From the human T2T-CHM13v2.0 reference genome, Homo sapiens: a stretch of 64,000 nucleotides of DNA. The stretch is from NCBI RefSeq assembly GCF_009914755.1, contig NC_060927.1; one strand, 5' to 3'. This document shows, one piece after another, positions 14,638 to 29,098 of the stretch. The first letter of the stretch is position 1. Each line of letters begins with the position of its first letter. Below the pieces are notes generated by a model. It was not told the origin of the DNA. It searched no databases and saw only the letters and a program-made list of their open reading frames with translations. Made by a program: the position numbers and the translations under genes.

Positions 14638-15334
14638 GGTGCACGTTTGAACAACAAATGGCATCTTCACAAGTCTCAAAAGCTTTTATGGGCATTTCAG
14701 GTCCTAACATTTTCACATACGTTGGTTTGACTGCTGGACAGTAATGTCTTATGCTAAATTAGTAAGGGACAAATTTCAATAGATATTTCATATTATTTTT
14801 CTGAAAATTGTAAATTCATAAACATTATTTTCTGGACTTTTCTTTTTCCTCCCTGTGGTCATCACCTACCATTTATCTGATTATGACTCAAAAGGAAACA
14901 TGTGTGTTGATTTAGACTGCTTCAACATTCCAGTTCCAATCTGAAGCTATCTATCTTCCCAAATGGAATGTTATGCAGACCTCTTGTCCTCCCTCCTGCT
15001 TGTTGTGGCAGAGATTTATACTTGTAATTTCCCAGAACATTTGAATTAGAGATGTGAGCCCCGATGCCAACTGTCTACAGGTTGAAGTTATAAAGGTAAA
15101 AACTTGGTCCAGCAAATCTTCCTCTCCTTTCACTCCAGGATTCACTTTTCTTAGTGCCCAAGTAATATTTATGAGGCTCTTGTTATTTAGCTGTTGTATT
15201 ATATTTATGTTAAATACATTTCTAACAAATTCTACTGCATTTACATTTATTATTCAACAAGACATCACAATATGATAGCAGATAATGATGAATCTCCAGA
15301 TAATTCTTACCGCTAAGTCTTCAGTTGTCTAAAG

Positions 15335-15385
15335 TCACACACACACACATACACACATACACATACACACATATGCACACACACA
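15335..15385. repeat. Imperfect (CA)n
   Basis: cacacacacacacatacacacatacacatacacac... Confidence 0.9.
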
Positions 15386-16901
15386 GAGTCAGAGTTTGGA
15401 TTACCAAATGAGAAATAATTCCTTAGTGTGTGCAGTACTTTTTGCTCTCAAATGTTTCTTTTCTTCACACATACTTATTTGACCCATTCAGCTAAAAGCA
15501 ACATGCATCTTACTAATTCTATAAATGTGTATACTAGAGTTCTTACCTTTTTGAAAGATTAATTAATACAGTCATGGCTAATTATCTGTAACTGGTTATA
15601 TGAGCAAGGCCATTATACACAGTGAACATTATAAAGATAATCATTTTTCTTTAGCCTCTCAGCACAGGTCAGGATAAAACCGTAATATCCTTCATAAATA
15701 GGAACACTGGCCATCACTGGAGAGTAAAATGACCACTGGTCCAGTCTGGTAAATATTCGTTCATGGTTATGCTCTTAAAAAGTGTTTAGGAAATAAGAGA
15801 GAAAAAAATAGGAAAAAAATTACAAAAAAAAAAAAAACCCAAACACATATAGACTTGAAGAGTTGCTCTCAGATCAAAATATCCTGCAATAATCTGAAGT
15901 AGAAAAGTATCATTATGACCTAAGAAGGTTCATGAAAATGTTTCTCATCATAGTAGCTCAGAAGGACTGATTTAGAATGTTGCCCATGGATTTCTGTTTG
16001 CTTGCCTGTGTAAATAAATACATGTATAGATGGGGGAGAAATTTGATTTTAACACATAGCCTTAGTGTTCAACTTTAAGTTACATAAGATGGGTCTGGGG
16101 ACATTATCTTAAATTTGGATTTCTGAAAAATATGTAGGTCTGGCTCTGAAATCTGAGTTTTAATCCATATTCTAAAAATTTGCAAACTAAAGCTTCCTCT
16201 TTTTTCTTCACAGAGGCTTAGGCACATCATGTTGAAGGGAGCAATTTGGGAAGGTAGGCAAAGCTATAATCAATCAACCAAGGCTGCTGAAAGTCGGGGT
16301 GAATAAATACTCAACAATCAGTCTATCTAATGTACATCAACCCTAACTTATTATAAAAGATCGTTAAACCTTTGAAAGGTCAATGTATATACTGCTATCT
16401 ATCACAGGCGGGCACCATTCATTATGTCCTGTCAGTGGCTCTCCACTGGCCAACCCTTCAAGGTGTCAAGCCGAGACGCTCAGAGGCCATGTGGTCATGA
16501 GGGCCCAAGCTTCCTCCCCAAATATAGTTTTTATTTTCCATCTCATTCTATTGCCTTGCCTTTTTTCTACTTTGGTTTCTCTTCCTGCTTCCCTCAATTT
16601 GGAAGTCTCTCATTTCCCCATGAACCACAGACATTCTTCATTAACCAAGTTAAGGGCCATGCCTTTTGGGGGGTTATTCTTTAGCTATTCATGCCTCTGC
16701 TTTGTGAATTCCATTTCAACCAATTTTTGTTTTCATTTTTATAAATGGTATTGTTGTTGTTGTTTTGTTTCCTCTCCGCTACGTCCTTTCAGCCATGAAA
16801 GATGCATCTTCTACTTTTATATTCCCCTCAATATCATATATAGCAAATGCTTTATAAAAATTATAATAAAGCATATTTTAGGTTTTTTTGTTTGAGGTTG
16901 C

Positions 16902-17191
<290 letters not shown>

Positions 17192-17197
17192 ATAAAG

Positions 17198-17550
17198 CAG
17201 GTTTCTTAAACAGCAATCTGTAGACCAGCCTTATAGGAATTATCTGAAGTGTGTGTGCAGTATGCACATTTCTGGGCCACACCCTAGACTTGCTGAACAA
17301 GAAACTATATTTTTAAGCTAGAAGGGAGACACATATATGCCCTGAAGTTTGAAATCAATTGACCTAGAAACATAGTTTCCCTAAGCAGTCCAAGCATAAG
17401 AATCATTTGAGGCAGCTGTAAAAACTACACATTCCAGATCTCCGTCAGATCTTCAGAAGGAAAATCCCTAGAGCAGTAACATGGGAATGAGCCTTTTTCA
17501 CCCCACTCTGGCTCACTAGATCATTCTAACCATGAGGCAAGGTGATGAAA
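17198..17550. mobile_element. Two adjacent MER5-like hAT-Charlie MITEs
   Basis: caggtttcttaaac...cacatttctgggccacaccctagac...gaagtttgaaatcaattg, followed by a second similar unit. Confidence 0.55.
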
Positions 17551-18339
17551 CTTTCTCTAAACTATTAGTAGTGCTTTTCCAAATGGATAAAAGCACATTT
17601 TGCAGAATAATGTAATATAATTATTTTCTCAACATTTTGCCTTAATTATAATCAGTTTCATAATTTAAAGCATTCATAGTTTGAGAAATGTAAGCCAAAG
17701 AATAATGCATTTGTTTTCTAAATTATTATCCCCTGATTGAGTTAGTAGCCTTGTAGATAAACTGCAATAGCATAAAAATAACAAAATTTGCAGCTGCCAA
17801 AATTTATCCTACCTTTGACATTTATGGACTGGTGGGTGTGAGAAAGTTATCAAATCCCTAGGAAATTCAGTTTCCTCTTTAAAAAAAAATGGGGACCATG
17901 ATACCTAACTTGCAAGAAAATAGATGTAGCACACTACAATGTGAGCCACAATGCTTTATTTATTCAAAACTCTAAAATTCCAGCAAACTGAGGGAAAGTG
18001 TGAAAGGTTCATGGGGCTGGCCGTAAGAGCCTTCGTGTACCTCTTGGTTCCTCTGTGCCAGCAAACAGAAGACTTCTCTTCACAAGACCACTTGGTAGCC
18101 TATGTGGATTGACTCTGCATTACAGATCTCTGACTTCCATACTGGTTTGTGGCTGCAATAGAGGACTCTTCACGTCTTTCTAACCCTCCTCAATTGTAGA
18201 AACATGGAACAGCAACATTCTTAAATGCTCATGTACCTTTATTAAAGTATTATATTTGCAGTGATCATTTAATAAGTAGATAGGCTGAATATTTTATAAT
18301 CTTTTCTGAGCCAATTGTTTGTGTGTGTTTTGCTGAAAA

Positions 18340-19300
18340 TGACCTTTTTAAAAAATAGCCATAATGTTTATAGAGCATAAAATAATAAAAGGGAAATGAA
18401 AACCACCCAATGAAAATCACTATTGCTGCTTTCAAATACATGTTTCATTTTTTTCCTAGAAATATGTATTTTTGTCTTTTTTTAAATGGAAAGATATTAC
18501 ATAGTGATCTTTCCCTAATGTTATATCATGTGCATTTCTACATTCATTCAAATAGTCTTTGAAAAATGATGGCTAATAAATACTTAACATTTCTTACTGT
18601 AACAGTTGCGTGATTTGTTTAAGTGCTCTTCTATTATTGGACATTTTGTTTTCTTCTGTTTTACTATTATAAGGAGTTTTAAAATGCTCTCCCAACAGAA
18701 AACCTTGATTGCATCTTTAATTACCTTCTTAGAAGTCATTTCTAGAAGTGATATCACTAGGTCAAAAGGAGGAATGTTTCTTAAAGCTCATGATATATAT
18801 CTCGCAATTACTTCTCAGAAATGTTGCTAATTTAAACTCTATCATTTTCCCTCCTACCCAAGAAGGAATTTCATTATATCCAATATCAAAGCATTAATAA
18901 ATTTTTAGGTTATTGTTTAATAACCCCTAAAGAAAATTTCATGCTTTAATTTGTATGTTTTTCATTAATATTAAGTTTGCTCTTTTGTCATTTACTTTGT
19001 TTCTGTGTTTTCTCCTTGTCCCCTTTTTATAATAAAAAGCCAGTGTTTTCTCAGTGATTTGTAATCACACTGTTTATTTGGAGAGTAAATCCCTAGCTAT
19101 ATTAGTTGAACATGTTTTTCCTAGGCTGAAATTTGCCTTTAAATTTATTTAGTTAAAATATTAATATTTATTTTGATAGACATATTTTTTCTTCTTCTGA
19201 ACATCTTTTAAACATTTTATTATAAACATTTTTAAACATTCATAAAAGTTGCAAGAATTGTACAGTGAACACCTGATATTTAGGACTTCTATTCTTTAAA
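18340..19300 (-). mobile_element. Old L1M (ME/MC) fragments
   Basis: Degenerate antisense L1 text (tctagaagtgatatcactaggtcaaaagg; tgctttaatttgtatgtttt). Confidence 0.5.
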
Positions 19301-21079
19301 AAATATTTTATCATTTTCTTTATAATATAGCTAATCATCTACTGGAAATTGTTTTTATACTTGCTTATAGTCAATTATTTTTCCTTAATCCCACTTCTCT
19401 GAATTTAATCAAAAGAAATATTTGCTAAAGTATAAGTTTCATTCCAAGTAAGTTCTTCATCTGCCTTGCCTTCCGATGTACCCCACTATCTGGAACAGGA
19501 CCTATCGCATTGTAACACTCACTAAATAATTGTTGATTGAATGACTTTTCTCAATGAGGGGAAATTTTTCCTGCTCTAGGAGAATAAAGATGACTCTTTA
19601 ATATGTTGAGGCCTCAAGACTTTAAAATCTACTCGGTACAAAGAAGCGTAGCATACTCTAGAACCAGTAAGAGATAACTGGCTTTTTTAATTAGTATGCT
19701 AAGTTTTTCAAAATGTATGCCTTAAAATATGAGAGACATCAAGTATCTTTTATCTACAAATAAGCAAAGAACTTGTGGACAAACTGTCATAGTTTCTGGG
19801 TAATGGTTTGCATCTTTTAATGGCAATATCCCATATCTGGGAGAGAATTAGAATTCAAAACATTTTCAATTCCTTCCCGAAAATGATGAGCTAATGTTGA
19901 AATGCCTATGAAGACAGAAGAACAAAAGAAAATGTTGCAGGCTAAGGTATCTGACAAGAATGGAGAAAAGTGTGTCACAGATTGTAAAATTTAGCTCATT
20001 GAGAAGGGAACAGAAAAATGATGCATGATACTTCAAAAGGGGGAAAAAAGTCTGTCATGAAGCTTCTGAGTCCAGATTGTCTGGATGAGCAGAAATATTA
20101 GAAACAAGCTAATCACTGTCTGTCTTTTACTCTCCCAGTTAAAAACAAAAGGGAAAAAGAAGCCACTCGGTATTTCCTACGTGTACTAATGAAAAAAACT
20201 TTTATTGTTCCTTTCTCAGGAGTTGTGGAGCAAAGGTAACTTTATCATGTGGTTGCAGTCATAACCACTTGTGAAACTTAAAATAATGATGCCTAGACAC
20301 TATTGCAGACCAATGAAATCAAAATCTCTAAGGGCTGGGTACGGTGGGAGGGTTGGAGGCATTGATATAAAATTTCTGCAAGTCATCCTAGTGTACAGTT
20401 ATGAAAGCAAAACATTGGAAGAAATAGTGCAGCAAGGAAGGCATGGACTAGTCAACCTTGCAGAGTGTTAAGTTCTGTTCCAGAATTTTGTTCGTATACA
20501 ACCATCATTCAAATGGGAGCAAAGAGAAGAAAATGCTTTCCAAATATTTCTGATTTCTGCTAATTCTCACCCAAATGTCAGGTTCATGCATCATTTTTTG
20601 TGGAAAAGGGTAAGGGAGGTGTTCACCATGAGTCAGGTTTTTCCTTTGTATGTTAAACACTGCATAGGTTAAGCTGATACGAGTTTAAGGAATACTTTAT
20701 TTACATGAAACAAAATAAAGCAAAAACAGGAATAAAGCACCTAGACCAGGCTCTAGAGCGTTTTGGTCCCTAACTTTTCTGCTGTTGATGTTCTGCAATA
20801 TAAATGAAATCAAGTATTTGGAGCTGTCCTGAAAGAACAGATTCTAGTTAAGGGGGCAATGAGGGAGAGCATTCTTCTATAAATTGACTTTCTAAATATA
20901 TCATGTTTTTCATAAGCACTTCATAAATCTTGACACATTTCTTTGAAAGTATATTATCACCACTTTATAGGCAAGGAAATTGTTTTGGAAAGCAGAGCTG
21001 GGATTTGAACTAGCATTGCCTGATCCTAGTGCCTTATGCTCTTATAATTACTGTTTTCCACATTTACTTAACCTTTTAT

Positions 21080-21480
21080 CAATTTTTGACATTTAGAGCA
21101 TTTCTCATTTCCAACAATTATAAAATTGTTGGATGGTTTCATGTCTGTATTTTCTTCCCCATGTTTGGAGTTACTTCTTTGGAACAGAATCTCAGAAGTT
21201 ATTCGAGACTGTGACAAGGTTTATGTTTTTTTTTTTACATATTGCCAAATTGCTTGCAAAGGAGTTGTACAAAATCACAATGCATCCAGAAAGGTATGAT
21301 AGCTAGGTCTCAAGAATATTTAATTATTTTCAATTTAATAGGCAAAAATATATATATTTTATCTCATTTCTTAATTTTCATTTGGTTTATCGGTGAATCA
21401 GGGCATTTCCGTGTGGTAAGTTGGTTTGCTTTGTCCATTTATCTATTGGAATCTTCATTTATGATCTTTGATATGACTTG
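21080..21480 (-). mobile_element. Old L1ME fragment
   Basis: attgccaaattgcttgcaaaggagttgtac...ttaattttcatttggtttat. Confidence 0.45.
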
Positions 21481-22813
21481 ATTTGTAGAATTCTTGACAG
21501 TTGTAATGTATGTTTTTTGTGGCATTATGTTCAATGCCTGTCTCTCCAGATACACAGTAAGGCACCTGAGAACAGATCTTGTACCTGTTTGGTTTATTTT
21601 TGCTTTCTGGTACCTCATACTGTGCCTGGCACATAATATGTGCTAAAGCTATACATGATCAGAAAGACATATTTCTTTCCCCATATATGGGAGAACAATA
21701 CACTGGATTTTTTTATAGTGTTGATTTTATGGTTGTTTTGAGTGGTTTAGGGCAGTACCAAGGCTAGTCAGTAACCTTCACAAAGCCATTCATTCGTAAA
21801 TGAAATTGTCACTGAGGAGTCATAAAATTTAAAAGGCAATTTGAATGAAATGGGAATAATGTAGAAAATCTTCAGGGAAGAGGTGAGATCTCTTTACTGA
21901 TAAGACCTTTTCAAATGAAGAAAATAGTTTTGTGGTATCTTCCCTGTTGGGGGTTCTGCTGATAACCTTTTATAGGACCAAGTGGAACAACCCATATTAA
22001 GTAGGCTGTAGTGGACTCCTAATTAGTCCAATTAATGTGATGGCTTTAATTTGTAAGAGATCTAATGGTGTAGAATCTGATTTCTTTGAAATCACTCCTC
22101 TCTAGAATGTAAAACAACAATGAAAGGCAGCTAAAGCAGTCCTGGAGTGGCTAAGTACTGCATTTAGTTATTGTATTTCCCACCCCTTCCCTCCTTAAAG
22201 AGAAAATAAAAGGTATTTCTTCCTCCATATTATTCCCCCTGGCATGCTGCCTTTGTTAGGACAACAGCAGCCAAGAGCAGATTTGAAATGACTCCTCGGC
22301 ATTTTCTTAAGATGAGTCCAGTGGAGGCTCTTCAATTAGTAGTGGTCATGTGTGCCGGGGTCAATATTCCAGAATACTTAAGTTTTTGCTCTTTTCTGCA
22401 GAAATAAACATTATTATTGTTGTTGTTATTAAAATCCAAAAGGAAACTATAATGTCTGAGGCAAACTGTTCTTGTCACAGCCTGCTATTCCCATGAGCCG
22501 AGAAGCATCACAATACATTGCCTGCTGTCTCAACCCATGGAAAGTCTGATTAGCTCTCTAGCAATCTGATCTCCAGAAATCGCCCTTTCCTTACTATCTC
22601 AACACCCTTTCATGGAAAACAGTATGCGTGCTTCTCTGTTCAGACTCCACTGTAAAATTTTTAAGCCAATTCCCATGGGATTCTGATGGTTTTTATGTAA
22701 GTAAAGGAACCAAAGATTTTCAATGAGAACTATTGAGCCCGACAAAGGCTTACTGATTTATGTAGTTACCACCTGAAGTAAGAAAGCCATTTTGATATTT
22801 AAAAACCATTCTA

Positions 22814-23125
<312 letters not shown>

Positions 23126-23394
23126 AAAAACTATTCTAAATTAAGTGGCTGGCCTTCCTTCCTTCTTTCTTTTCTTCCTTCCACTGTCTTTAGCATGTGT
23201 TTTGGACAACTTCATGTAAATAAAATGGAAGCACAATTGGGAGCCACCATAATAACGTCAGTAATCTGGCAGGAAATTTTCTACATTAGTGATTAATAAA
23301 CAATGTATTTTTAATGCCCAAAGTTGCATTTGGCACAAGTGTTTGTTCAGTGTTTCTAAAACAATTATTAAAACTAATTTTAATCATTTAGAAC

Positions 23395-23698
23395 TTTGCT
23401 GGTTAATATAGTAGCTACTAGTCACATGTGGCTATGTAGCATTTGTGACTAGCCCAAACTAAGTTGTGCTGTCAGTATAAAATACACACTGGCTCTTGAT
23501 GACTTGTTATTAAAAACATGTAAAATATCTCATTAGTATTCATGTTTATTGCATGTTGAAAGGATAATAGTTTATATACATAATTAAAACATCTTATGAA
23601 ATTCATTTCACCCATTTTGCTGCTTCTTTAAAAATGTGACTTCTAGAAAATTTAAAATTACATATGTGAAATTGTATTATGTTTATATTGGATAGCAC
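23395..23698 (-). mobile_element. MER33 (hAT-Charlie MITE)
   Basis: gtagctactagtcacatgtggcta...ctagaaaatttaaaattacatatgtg...tattggatagcac. Confidence 0.8.
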
Positions 23699-24164
23699 AA
23701 GATAGATATATTTAGGCTCTAGCCCTGCTGGAGTTCCCCACTAACAGGATGATCACAATTCTCTATCCAGCAGCACAATGTGAGTGGAATTATGCAGGTA
23801 ATCGTGTGCTAGTCAGTTACAGAGCTAGACCTCAAGGGGAGCAGATCATAGCCTAAGGAAGTAGACCTCTCAATTCCCACTGCCTGCATGTCCCAGACTT
23901 AGAACGTTATCATCTCTACCATCGCAAACATGGTTGGGATGATCTGGTCCCAGTTGATCTGGTCATAGTCTGAGCCTCAACCCTTCAATCTTTAATCTGC
24001 ACTCTGTGACCAATAAAAATTTTAGAATTCTCAAGCAAGAACTTGAATACTATTTTTGGCATTTTTAAAACAAAAATCTGTAATGGTTATTAATTGATGT
24101 AGGCATGGTTGAATAGACAGTTTTCTTTGAAAACCTTTGCCATTGAGCAAATAAATACTTAAAC

Positions 24165-24350
24165 CAAATTTCATCAAAGTGCAGTCCTGCTGTAGCAGAA
24201 TCAAATGCAATAGTTGTTTAAAATGCAGATTTCAGAGCCCCACCACCAATAATGATAATTTAGTAGGTCTAGACCAGGGAACAGAATCTGAGTTTAAACA
24301 GCATCATTCTAGTTATTCTCATGCAGTCTAAAATGTGGGAACCATCACTT
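24165..24350. mobile_element. MER5A
   Basis: tcaaagtg...gtttaaaatgcagatttcagagccccacc...gggaaccatc. Confidence 0.65.
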
Positions 24351-26184
24351 GAAGCTATAGTTGTTTTCCTTTAATTGTTCTATTTTAAATAAGTACATTA
24401 TATAGCAAATATACTGTCATATCATTATCCTATAAATTTAGAGGTTAGGGGTATCTACCCAGGAATATTTGGTTTCTCTATTACTTCATTGTGAGAACCT
24501 GAACACAATTTACTGTCACAGTTTCCCAACAAATCTAAAAATTTACTGGTGATATTATTTATACTTCTAAAGTTATTTAATAAAAAATATTTAATTAACA
24601 TCTTATTCTATTATTTGATTATATTCCTAAAATGTAAACTTCTATGATAGTTCATACAGTTACAAATATCAAGCTTGTAAAGAACATATTAGAAAGACTC
24701 ATTTTTGTTGATGGGGAGGGAATCCCAAGAATTTGCCATTCCCTGGAAATATATTCACCAGGAATTTCCTAGAATGTATGAAATTATACCACATAAATTT
24801 CCACCCATGTCTACCCACTGGTAAACTGAGGAGAGAGAAAAATCAGTGATTATTTGTGGATTAAAAATGAGATACATCAGACAGCAACATGTCCTAGGTA
24901 TCAAAACAAATCAGAGAGTATTAACCTGGAGTCGTGTCATGTAACACAGAGGAAAAAACAGTGCATCATGTTTCAAAGCCTGGATTCTTGTTTGGAGTCA
25001 TCCACTAACAGTGATGTGGGCATCTGTTTCCTCATCTGAAATTTAAGACTGTGAGACAAGATGATACAGAGACATCCTCTCAGTTCTGACAGTCTGTGTT
25101 TTTCATCCACACTTGCAGTGATATAGACCTATCAGGAGGGACGACTGGAATCCTGACTAGATTGAGTTAGATTTAGAGCATCTCAGAGATAAGCCTGCGT
25201 GTGGTCTCCTTACAGGATAGCAAAAAATATTGCAGGGCACGCACATAGGCAGGAGTGTGAGGTTTCTAGAATGTCATGGCTGCTGCAGGATAAGGTTGAA
25301 TTGTGGGTCCTGGAAAGAGGTGACCAGGGAGCTCAGCTGTGACTGAGGATGAGGTGATTAGGGGACAGTTTCTGAGTCAGGCTGCCTGAGGCAGGGGAGA
25401 GGGCCTGAGGGCAGGGTCACTTCCTGGAGCATTACCAGTCCTGAGCATCACCACTTAAACATCAGAGAGAAAGGAAGAAAGGCGATAGGTAAGTGACACT
25501 TCCCGATATCGCCTTGGGAGAATGGCTTTTGCTTTATTTTTCTTTTCTTTTATTATTTTCAAAAGAAAACATCAGGAAAGCTAGTCAAGCCAGCTGCCTT
25601 TTGAGTAAACAAAGAACCAGAGTTCAGGGAGCAAGGGTGGCAGTAAAGATGGATAAGTCAGAGGGTAGGTGTTTTTCTCTCAACATGAATTGTGAGAAGT
25701 TTCTCAAAACTTACATTATAAATAAATGATAGTACTAACATTTTTTTCTTTTTTCTTTCTTTTCTATTGACTGACCATGACACTTCTGTCTCACAATTCC
25801 TCACCATTTTGCCATGAGGTTTTCTCCTTCCCCTTGCCTAGGTTCAGAATAAAAGATGCCTATATATTAGGTCCCGCCAGAAAAAAAGGCAAGAACTCAC
25901 GTGTTAGTAAAACATTTAATAAACCTCAGCACACACTTGGCCAAATTCCTGGAAGATCAGAGCTGCATCCCTGAAATTTCTTTTTATCTTGATCCAGTTA
26001 ACTGCCTGTTTAGAGTAAATGATGTGCTCCCACGTTCTTTATACTGTCCTCCCCATATAAGCATATACACGAGAGGATTATACCTGCTCTCCGGAAGCTT
26101 ATAATTCAGACGTTATTACCCCTTTTGGAAGTATTCTCTGGGAAGCTCTTTTCACTAATGTTCAATTTCAACAATAGTATTACT

Positions 26185-26670
26185 ATAATAGCTAAGTTTC
26201 ATTTAGTGCTTAGTGTGTTCTAAGCACTCTCAAAAGTGCTTCATATATATTTAATCATTAACTCTTACCATAACTCTATGCCCTAGGTAATATTATTGTC
26301 CCCATTTTACAAATAAGAAAACAAGCACCAAGAGATGTTAGGTGAACTTGCCTAGAGTTACACAAAGAATAAGTGACTGAGCCACTCATTGAAATGCTGC
26401 TCTTGCAAGAAAACATAAAATTGTATGATGGTGCCACATAACACATACTTGACACGGGCTTTGAAGGCAGAGAAGCCTGGGTTCAAATAAAATTCAGCCA
26501 CATACTAGCTGCATGATTCTAGGACAAGTTACAGAACCTGAGGCCATCAGTTATCATCTGTCAAAATGGAGTGAATACTTATAAAGGTTACATGAGGGTC
26601 AAAAATAATGTATAAAAGGAGCCTGGTACATAGTTGTCATTCAAAGAGAGCTGCTGATGTTATTAACATT
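26185..26670. mobile_element. Two MIRs in opposite orientation (about 26185-26390 minus; 26430-26670 plus)
   Basis: cccattttacaaataagaaaac and cagttatcatctgtcaaaatggag cores. Confidence 0.7.
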
Positions 26671-28419
26671 AGTTGACTATGTAATATTACTTAAAACTCT
26701 TACTTCCTATTTTTCTTCCTACTGCAATAAAGTTTCTGCCATTTCTTCTCTCTGTGTGAAGTTTTTCTTCTTCCTCGGTCTGTAGCTGGAATGTGCCTTT
26801 CTGTGCCAAGCCCACTGACTCATGGTGATATAGCCCACAGAGCAGGGTGCAAGCAATAGAAGGGCCATACCAGGCCACAACATATGTCTCAGATTCCCAG
26901 GACAAGCTTTGTTCACGGCATGGAAGAATGGCTGGTTAACTTAATCCCAGGGTTGCATTCTCCGTAATGATACATCTCAGGCCATCGATCCATGGCTTTA
27001 TTTTCAAGCTTGTTTAAGCAGGAGCTATAAAAAACAGAGCATCATGCACGTGCAATATGGAATTAAGCCTCACACTCTTACCACTCTAATTCTCTTAGAT
27101 ACCTATTTGTTTGTCTTGATTTTAGAAAGCAGAATTCAGTAAAGAAACAAATTGGGGAATATTTTTTAGGGTTATAATCTTCCACGTAATGATATAAACG
27201 ATTCTGTGTAGAATTGCTATCTTGCTGGTGAGTTGTTTTCTGAAATAATGTGCCCAAAACAGAAATCAGCATTGTTTTTTTGAGGCAATTCACTGTGGCA
27301 TTGTGGCTGCTGTGAATGTTCTAGAAATTGTAAAATACGCTTTTGCAAACGTAGAGATGGTTTTAGTTTTCTTATATCAATAAGCAGTAGGATTAAATGT
27401 AACAGGCTTACGAGAAATGAGGGAAATATTCAATGCATTTTGCGATAAAGAGCAAAGGAAGCTCAAAGCTCCTTCAGCCATAACGACATCCTTGTTTCTT
27501 CTTCCTTTTCCTTTCCCAGTGTGTGTATGAAAACCAGGAAACAAGGGAGAATCAAGTGCTGGGTTGGGTGAGGTTAAGAGAATCGGGTTCTCTTCACATT
27601 TACCTTGGACTTTTCAGGAACTTTCCTATAATTCATTTAAGCTCAATAAGTTCTATTATCTTCTTTGGTAGAGCTTGTTGGGGGGACTATAGTAATCCTG
27701 CCAAGAAAATGTTATCTTGTTCCTCAAATAACAAAAAAGTGATTTGTATAAAAGCAAGGTTCATAATGTAAAATCTAAGTATATTTGAAAGAAAAAATTT
27801 CTAAAATATTTGAGTCTCGAGTAAATTCCTTGAGCTTCACACCATACAACTTAGTTCTTGGTAAATTAAAAGTAGGGCTTCTAGTGATTTGCATAAAAAC
27901 TCTCAAGAGGAGGACCTCAGATACATGGCTTATCAAACTGGCACTTCATAGAGTCTGGGCCATATCAGATCCTTGAATGCTTGCTTCTTAATAGTAACTC
28001 CTATATAGTTTCTAAGGGGTTTCGGCTGTCTATATTATGAGGAGTGCATGTTTTTAAGAGCTTTACAGGGGTCAGGAGAATTGGCTTCTCTCTCTTCATT
28101 TGCATTTAACGTTCTAAAAGTTCTTAAGCTGGAAATGATCTGAGAACTCTCTCTGGGAATCTATTTCTTAGTTTCTAAATAATCAAACCTATCATCAGTC
28201 AATGCACTGTTTTATCTTCCTTCAGGCAAGTTTAAAATATGTACATATATATGTTATAGAAGCTGTTTTTTTTTTTCAAACCTCATTTTATGAGCCAATA
28301 TGTTTGTTTCCCAAAGAAAAAAAATGTTTGTTTTCATGATTTTGGCAGAAACAAATGTTTTCTTTGGGGCTGTTCAAATAGTCATATTTTCAAGTTTTCT
28401 TGCTTCTTTCTATTGGGGG

Positions 28420-28437
28420 GAGCACCCCCTGGTGGAA
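28420..28437 (-). promoter_or_regulatory. CTCF core motif
   Basis: gcaccccctggtgg (28422-28435) reads CCACCAGGGGGTGC on the minus strand, one base from the consensus CCACCAGGGGGCGC; lies in apparently unique sequence. Confidence 0.65.
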
Positions 28438-29098
28438 TACCATGAAAATGTTTGCCACGTGTTTTGACTGTAATATTCAACAGACAGATGTGTTTTGCAA
28501 ATATTACTTTTACACAAAGCACACTCAGAACCATTTTGCCAATGTTAATGTCTTGGAAAATTCCATGCCTTCTTTCTAATTATCACCACAGTATTCAGAA
28601 TGGGCTCCCTTGTTTTAGGTGTTACACAGTTGTGGTCAGAGATGCTGCAGCAGTCTCTGTGGGTCAGAAATGAGTCGGGAAGGGCACTCTGGCATTATGT
28701 TCCTACTTGTGGGAAAAAAGGGACCCTTTTCTCCTTTCCCTCAGTTCTTCCTTCTTTCCTTCCATTTCTTCCTGCTACTACAAACAAAATGGCATTTGTT
28801 GGAGGGTCTGACTGGGTGAGAAAACAGTCGGCCATGACAGTGCCCAGTTATAGGTAAAGCCTAAGGTACATCTCTTTCCAGAGTAACGTCCCTGTCACTG
28901 CAAGCTGGGGGAGATTAACAGAAAGGGAATTTGCTGGGAGATATTATTAATCCCCCATATCCCCCCAAATATAAATTTAAATTAGTACTAAAAACATATC
29001 AGATTAATCAATAAGCCTGTAATTTCTGTATCTTATAGAGAAAAAAGTATCATCCCCAAGGTAACTGGAAAGGATGGGGCACTATTGTTTATCATTGC

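Noticed and set aside
16383-16895. Longest ORF (170 aa)
   Set aside because: Low-complexity F/L/S/C composition from T-rich DNA, with no recognisable domain
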